Shown here one piece after another: positions 61,254 through 64,000 of a stretch of 64,000 bases of DNA. The notes below the pieces were generated by a model. It was not told the DNA's origin, did no database searches, and worked only from the letters and a program-made list of their open reading frames with translations. The first letter of the stretch is position 1, and the number at the start of each line of letters is the position of its first letter. Source of the DNA: Candidatus Cryptobacteroides intestinipullorum (GTDB lineage Bacteria > Bacteroidota > Bacteroidia > Bacteroidales > UBA932); NCBI GenBank assembly GCA_018711225.1, contig DVIP01000148.1:14537-78536 (forward strand). The letters run 5' to 3'. Position numbers and translations under genes: made by a program.

Positions 61254-62786
61254 TTATTGTGCGGGATTGCCGGCAGGTTCCGGGCACCGGAGATCGGTTG
61301 CGGGCCAGTCATCGGTCCTGAACGGAATCAGCGGCTGTCCGTATGTCGTCACGACATTGGCGTCAGGGCAATAGTTGTGAAAGGCATATCTTACTGCCAC
61401 AGGGTACGGCACATCTTCGCTCCAGACATATATCATGTTGCTGCTGTTCCCGAAACTTGCCCTGGCCTTGTGCCATACACGGTCTTCTCCGGCCACTTCG
61501 AATCCGCCGGGTGACATGATTTCCCCGTCTTTGTACGTGTCGAAACTGTCCGGCTCGAACCATGTGTTCTCGTCGCACAGATTGTTGAAATGCAGTATCA
61601 TTTTACGCGGATCTGACTTGTCATGCCCGTAATCCCGGAATGTGGGGGCAGGGCGCGGCAGACCTTTCACACCGTAGTCATTCGCAAGAGCCAGCCATGC
61701 AAGCCTTTGTGCCACATGGAATTTGCCGCGTATGTGCACGCAGTCCTTCTCTCCGAGATCGGTCGTCCCGGCCACGCCGCTGTGCGGGATTTCCGCAAGT
61801 GCCTTCATCTGTGCCTCCACCACCATGGGGAAGTCGATATTGTCCATCCCCGTTTCCTTATACGGAGCTATCTGGACATAATAGAACGGCAGTTCCGGAT
61901 TTCCCCATACGGAGCGCCATAATTCCGTCAGGGAAACCATCAGTCTGTCATAATCGAACCAGTTGTGCGTGTTCGAGCAGCCCTGATACCAGAGAAAACC
62001 TTTCAGAGTGAACTTTCGGACAGGCCATATCATGCCGTTGAAAAGAGCCTGGGGTATCTGGTTGCTGTCGGTGCCGCTCATGGCTATGTCCTGATGAATT
62101 TCTCCGGTACTGCGGATACTGTCTTCGGTCATCCATGTCTCAATCCTGCTTCCACCCCAGTTCGATGAAATAAGACCCACAGGTACGCCGCCGAGGGCTT
62201 CTGTCAATATTTTCCCGAAAAACCAGCCTGTCGCGCTGAAATTAGCCGCCGATTCGGGACAAGAACGCTGCCAGCGGCCTTCGCAGTCATCCTGCGGTTC
62301 CGCAGATGAATTTTTCCCTACGGTAAAAAGCCGGATCTGGGGATAACATGATGCTGCCGTGACAGCTTCAGCGCTTCCGTCCACCGGCTGGTTTATGAAT
62401 CCGCCCAGTGGCATTTCCATGTTCGACTGCCCTCCGCACAGCCATACTTCTCCGAGCATGATATCTTCGAGAGTGACAGTCTCGCCGTCAGATATCCTGA
62501 TATTATACGGGCCCCCTGCACCGGCGGTTTTCACTTTTATTTCCCATGCGCCGTCAGCCCCTGCGACAGCGGAATATCTGCTTTTGCTCCAGGACGGGCG
62601 GACTGTAATCTTCTTTCCGGGGGACGCCCATCCCCACAGTGTCGCTTCTGTATTCTGCTGCAGTACCATTCCGCTCCCTATGACAGACGGGAGTCTGACT
62701 TTCCCTGCAGCCGATATCTGCCATGCAAACAGCATTAAGGCAATGCATGAGAGCGGCAGGACGGAGGATATTCTCGTGTTTTTCAT
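61254..62786 (-). CDS. sialate O-acetylesterase (SASA/SGNH) family protein
   Basis: MVLQQ, GEVWLCGGQSNM, WGGSRIE.W, WYQGCSN, VRYAF; start placed at MKNTRISSVL. Confidence 0.9.
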   Translation of the reverse strand: MKNTRISSVLPLSCIALMLFAWQISAAGKVRLPSVIGSGMVLQQNTEATLWGWASPGKKITVRPSWSKSRYSAVAGADGAWEIKVKTAGAGGPYNIRISDGETVTLEDIMLGEVWLCGGQSNMEMPLGGFINQPVDGSAEAVTAASCYPQIRLFTVGKNSSAEPQDDCEGRWQRSCPESAANFSATGWFFGKILTEALGGVPVGLISSNWGGSRIETWMTEDSIRSTGEIHQDIAMSGTDSNQIPQALFNGMIWPVRKFTLKGFLWYQGCSNTHNWFDYDRLMVSLTELWRSVWGNPELPFYYVQIAPYKETGMDNIDFPMVVEAQMKALAEIPHSGVAGTTDLGEKDCVHIRGKFHVAQRLAWLALANDYGVKGLPRPAPTFRDYGHDKSDPRKMILHFNNLCDENTWFEPDSFDTYKDGEIMSPGGFEVAGEDRVWHKARASFGNSSNMIYVWSEDVPYPVAVRYAFHNYCPDANVVTTYGQPLIPFRTDDWPATDLRCPEPAGNPAQ

Positions 62787-62805
62787 TCCAAAGGCTTTTT
62801 GATAC

Positions 62806-62836
62806 AAGGCACACCAGTCCTTCAATATCCTAAAAT
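62806..62836 (-). promoter_or_regulatory. bipartite motif ATTTTAGGATAT-N12-GTGCCTT (ECF-sigma-like promoter) before the esterase
   Basis: Same two blocks and same 12-nt spacing as the copy at 63109-63139 on the opposite strand. Confidence 0.65.
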
Positions 62837-62961
62837 CAGCCCCGTTTTTGTCATGACAATATGGAATTTCCGCGCAACGGGCCGGGTCAAAAGTCCCTAT
62901 GGGACCGCGAGTTTCGTATCGGCAGAATCGCACGTATCGGCAGAATTTCAATCTTTTCGTA

Positions 62962-63019
62962 CCGGCAGATTTGTAATCTGCCGGAATAGCAGGAAACAAC
63001 CGGATTACAAATCCGGTTG
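62962..63019. repeat. pair of inversely oriented REP-like hairpins
   Basis: ccggcagatt-tgt-aatctgccgg and caaccggatt-aca-aatccggttg. Confidence 0.7.
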
Positions 63020-63108
63020 AACGATAAGGAATCCGGTTGAACGGTACCGGACTGTTTTGAAGGTGATTCAGATTGCCATTTATGATAAGCCGTCGGACGG
63101 TCAAAAAA

Positions 63109-63139
63109 ATTTTAGGATATCCCGGGAATAAAGTGCCTT
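63109..63139 (+). promoter_or_regulatory. bipartite motif ATTTTAGGATAT-N12-GTGCCTT (ECF-sigma-like promoter) before the small peptide
   Basis: attttaggatat-cccgggaataaa-gtgcctt. Confidence 0.65.
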
Positions 63140-63215
63140 AAAGACAGCGGAAGATTATATCCGGCCGGAAGACAGGACCATCCGCCGCAGTGACAACACT
63201 TTAATAACCACATAT

Positions 63216-63359
63216 ATGGAAAAAACAACATTGAAAAAGAGCGGCTTCTATGCCGCGCCTGATTTTGTACAGTACGAAATCAGAACAGAAAAGGGTTTCG
63301 CCGCGAGCGAACTTGATTTCAGAGCATCCGATTATACGGAAGGGGAGAATATCTATTGA
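63216..63359 (+). CDS. 47-aa small peptide MEKTTLKKSGFYAAPDFVQYEIRTEKGFAASELDFRASDYTEGENIY (below the ORF-track cutoff)
   Basis: AT-rich translation-initiation region (ttaataaccacatatATG); YxxP...E.GFAAS pattern; ends 15 nt before the next gene. Confidence 0.75.
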   Translation: MEKTTLKKSGFYAAPDFVQYEIRTEKGFAASELDFRASDYTEGENIY

Positions 63360-63374
63360 AAAGGAGGAACCGGT

Positions 63375-64000
63375 ATGAAAAAACTTTTGTTTTCTTTTGC
63401 TGCTTTTTCTGCAGTCCTTGTCTCTTGTCAGAAAAACGAACTTGCAGAGCCTCAGACCCAAACCGGAGAAATGTTCTCGCTGGAAGCCGGGATAATTTCC
63501 ACGAAAACCGTCCTGGACATTACCGAAGACGGGTACAAAGTCTCCTGGGACGATGACGACGCCCTTTCAGTAACTGCCGGATACGGAAATTCGTCTTCCA
63601 GGACGTACGAATTTACAAAAGGCGAGGGTAACACGTTCTATTGCCGGAATGTGTCGGATCCGTCCGATATCACGTCTCTGGATGTTTACTATCCGTACAC
63701 TGAAGATGCAGTCATAATCGTAGGTTCGGCAAAAGACGGCGTACAGACACAGAACGGAACAGGCTCCGCAGCACATATTGACGGCCCTCTGTACGGCCAT
63801 GCCGTGATTTCGGAGGCCCAGGGCGCCGAGGTGCAGATGAACCATATTTCCACATTGTTCGAAATAAATGTGACCAATCCGTCTGACCGGGAAATCAATG
63901 TCACGAGAATAGAGCTTGCGAACAGCGAAAGCGACCCTATGACAGGGACATTCGATGCAGATCCGGAGACAGGCAATCTCGTCGGAAAGGAGGTTTCGGA
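63375..64000 (+). CDS. fimbrillin/Mfa-like lipoprotein (3' end outside window; absent from the ORF track)
   Basis: MKKLLFSFAAFSAVLVSC lipobox, then ..STKT.., VSWDDDDALSV, VYYPY, MNH...LFEINVTN; frame open to the window end. Confidence 0.75.
   Translation, partial: MKKLLFSFAAFSAVLVSCQKNELAEPQTQTGEMFSLEAGIISTKTVLDITEDGYKVSWDDDDALSVTAGYGNSSSRTYEFTKGEGNTFYCRNVSDPSDITSLDVYYPYTEDAVIIVGSAKDGVQTQNGTGSAAHIDGPLYGHAVISEAQGAEVQMNHISTLFEINVTNPSDREINVTRIELANSESDPMTGTFDADPETGNLVGKEVS

Noticed and set aside
62787-63104. 106-aa N-terminal extension of the esterase in the ORF track
   Set aside because: Runs through promoter motifs and REP-like repeats; the signal peptide begins at 62786
63356-63556. 66-aa ORF in the ORF track
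   Set aside because: Wrong frame; the lipoprotein frame starting at 63375 has a signal peptide and lipobox and stays open to the window end

Overview
A 64-kb chromosomal segment from a Bacteroidales-type bacterium. The assignment is inferred from TAnnTTTG promoters, the moxR-DUF58-batABCD/E operon, the exbB-orf-exbD-exbD operon, a Bacteroidota-type porin and a fimbrillin-like lipoprotein. Most of the window is housekeeping genes: lnt, coaD, ung, lon, truA, guaA, typA, rpmF, tRNA-Arg(CCT), udk, asnS, queA, dprA, pyrE, pncB/pncA and an amgK-like/murU-like pair. I see no integrase, transposase, prophage or CRISPR array. The most interesting part is the right end (62.8-64 kb). An identical bipartite motif, ATTTTAGGATAT-N12-GTGCCTT, sits in front of each of two divergent units and looks like a shared ECF-sigma promoter. 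One unit is a sialate-O-acetylesterase/GH97 pair. The other is an unannotated 47-aa YxxP...E.GFAAS peptide followed directly by a fimbrillin-like lipoprotein. Other points: a batD-batE fusion, a hairpin-packed 280-bp intergenic region near a kinase carrying a RapZ-like C-terminal domain, several REP-like palindromes, strong Shine-Dalgarno sequences (atypical for Bacteroidia), and a sigma54-like motif before lon. All calls come from reading motifs; no database searches were run.
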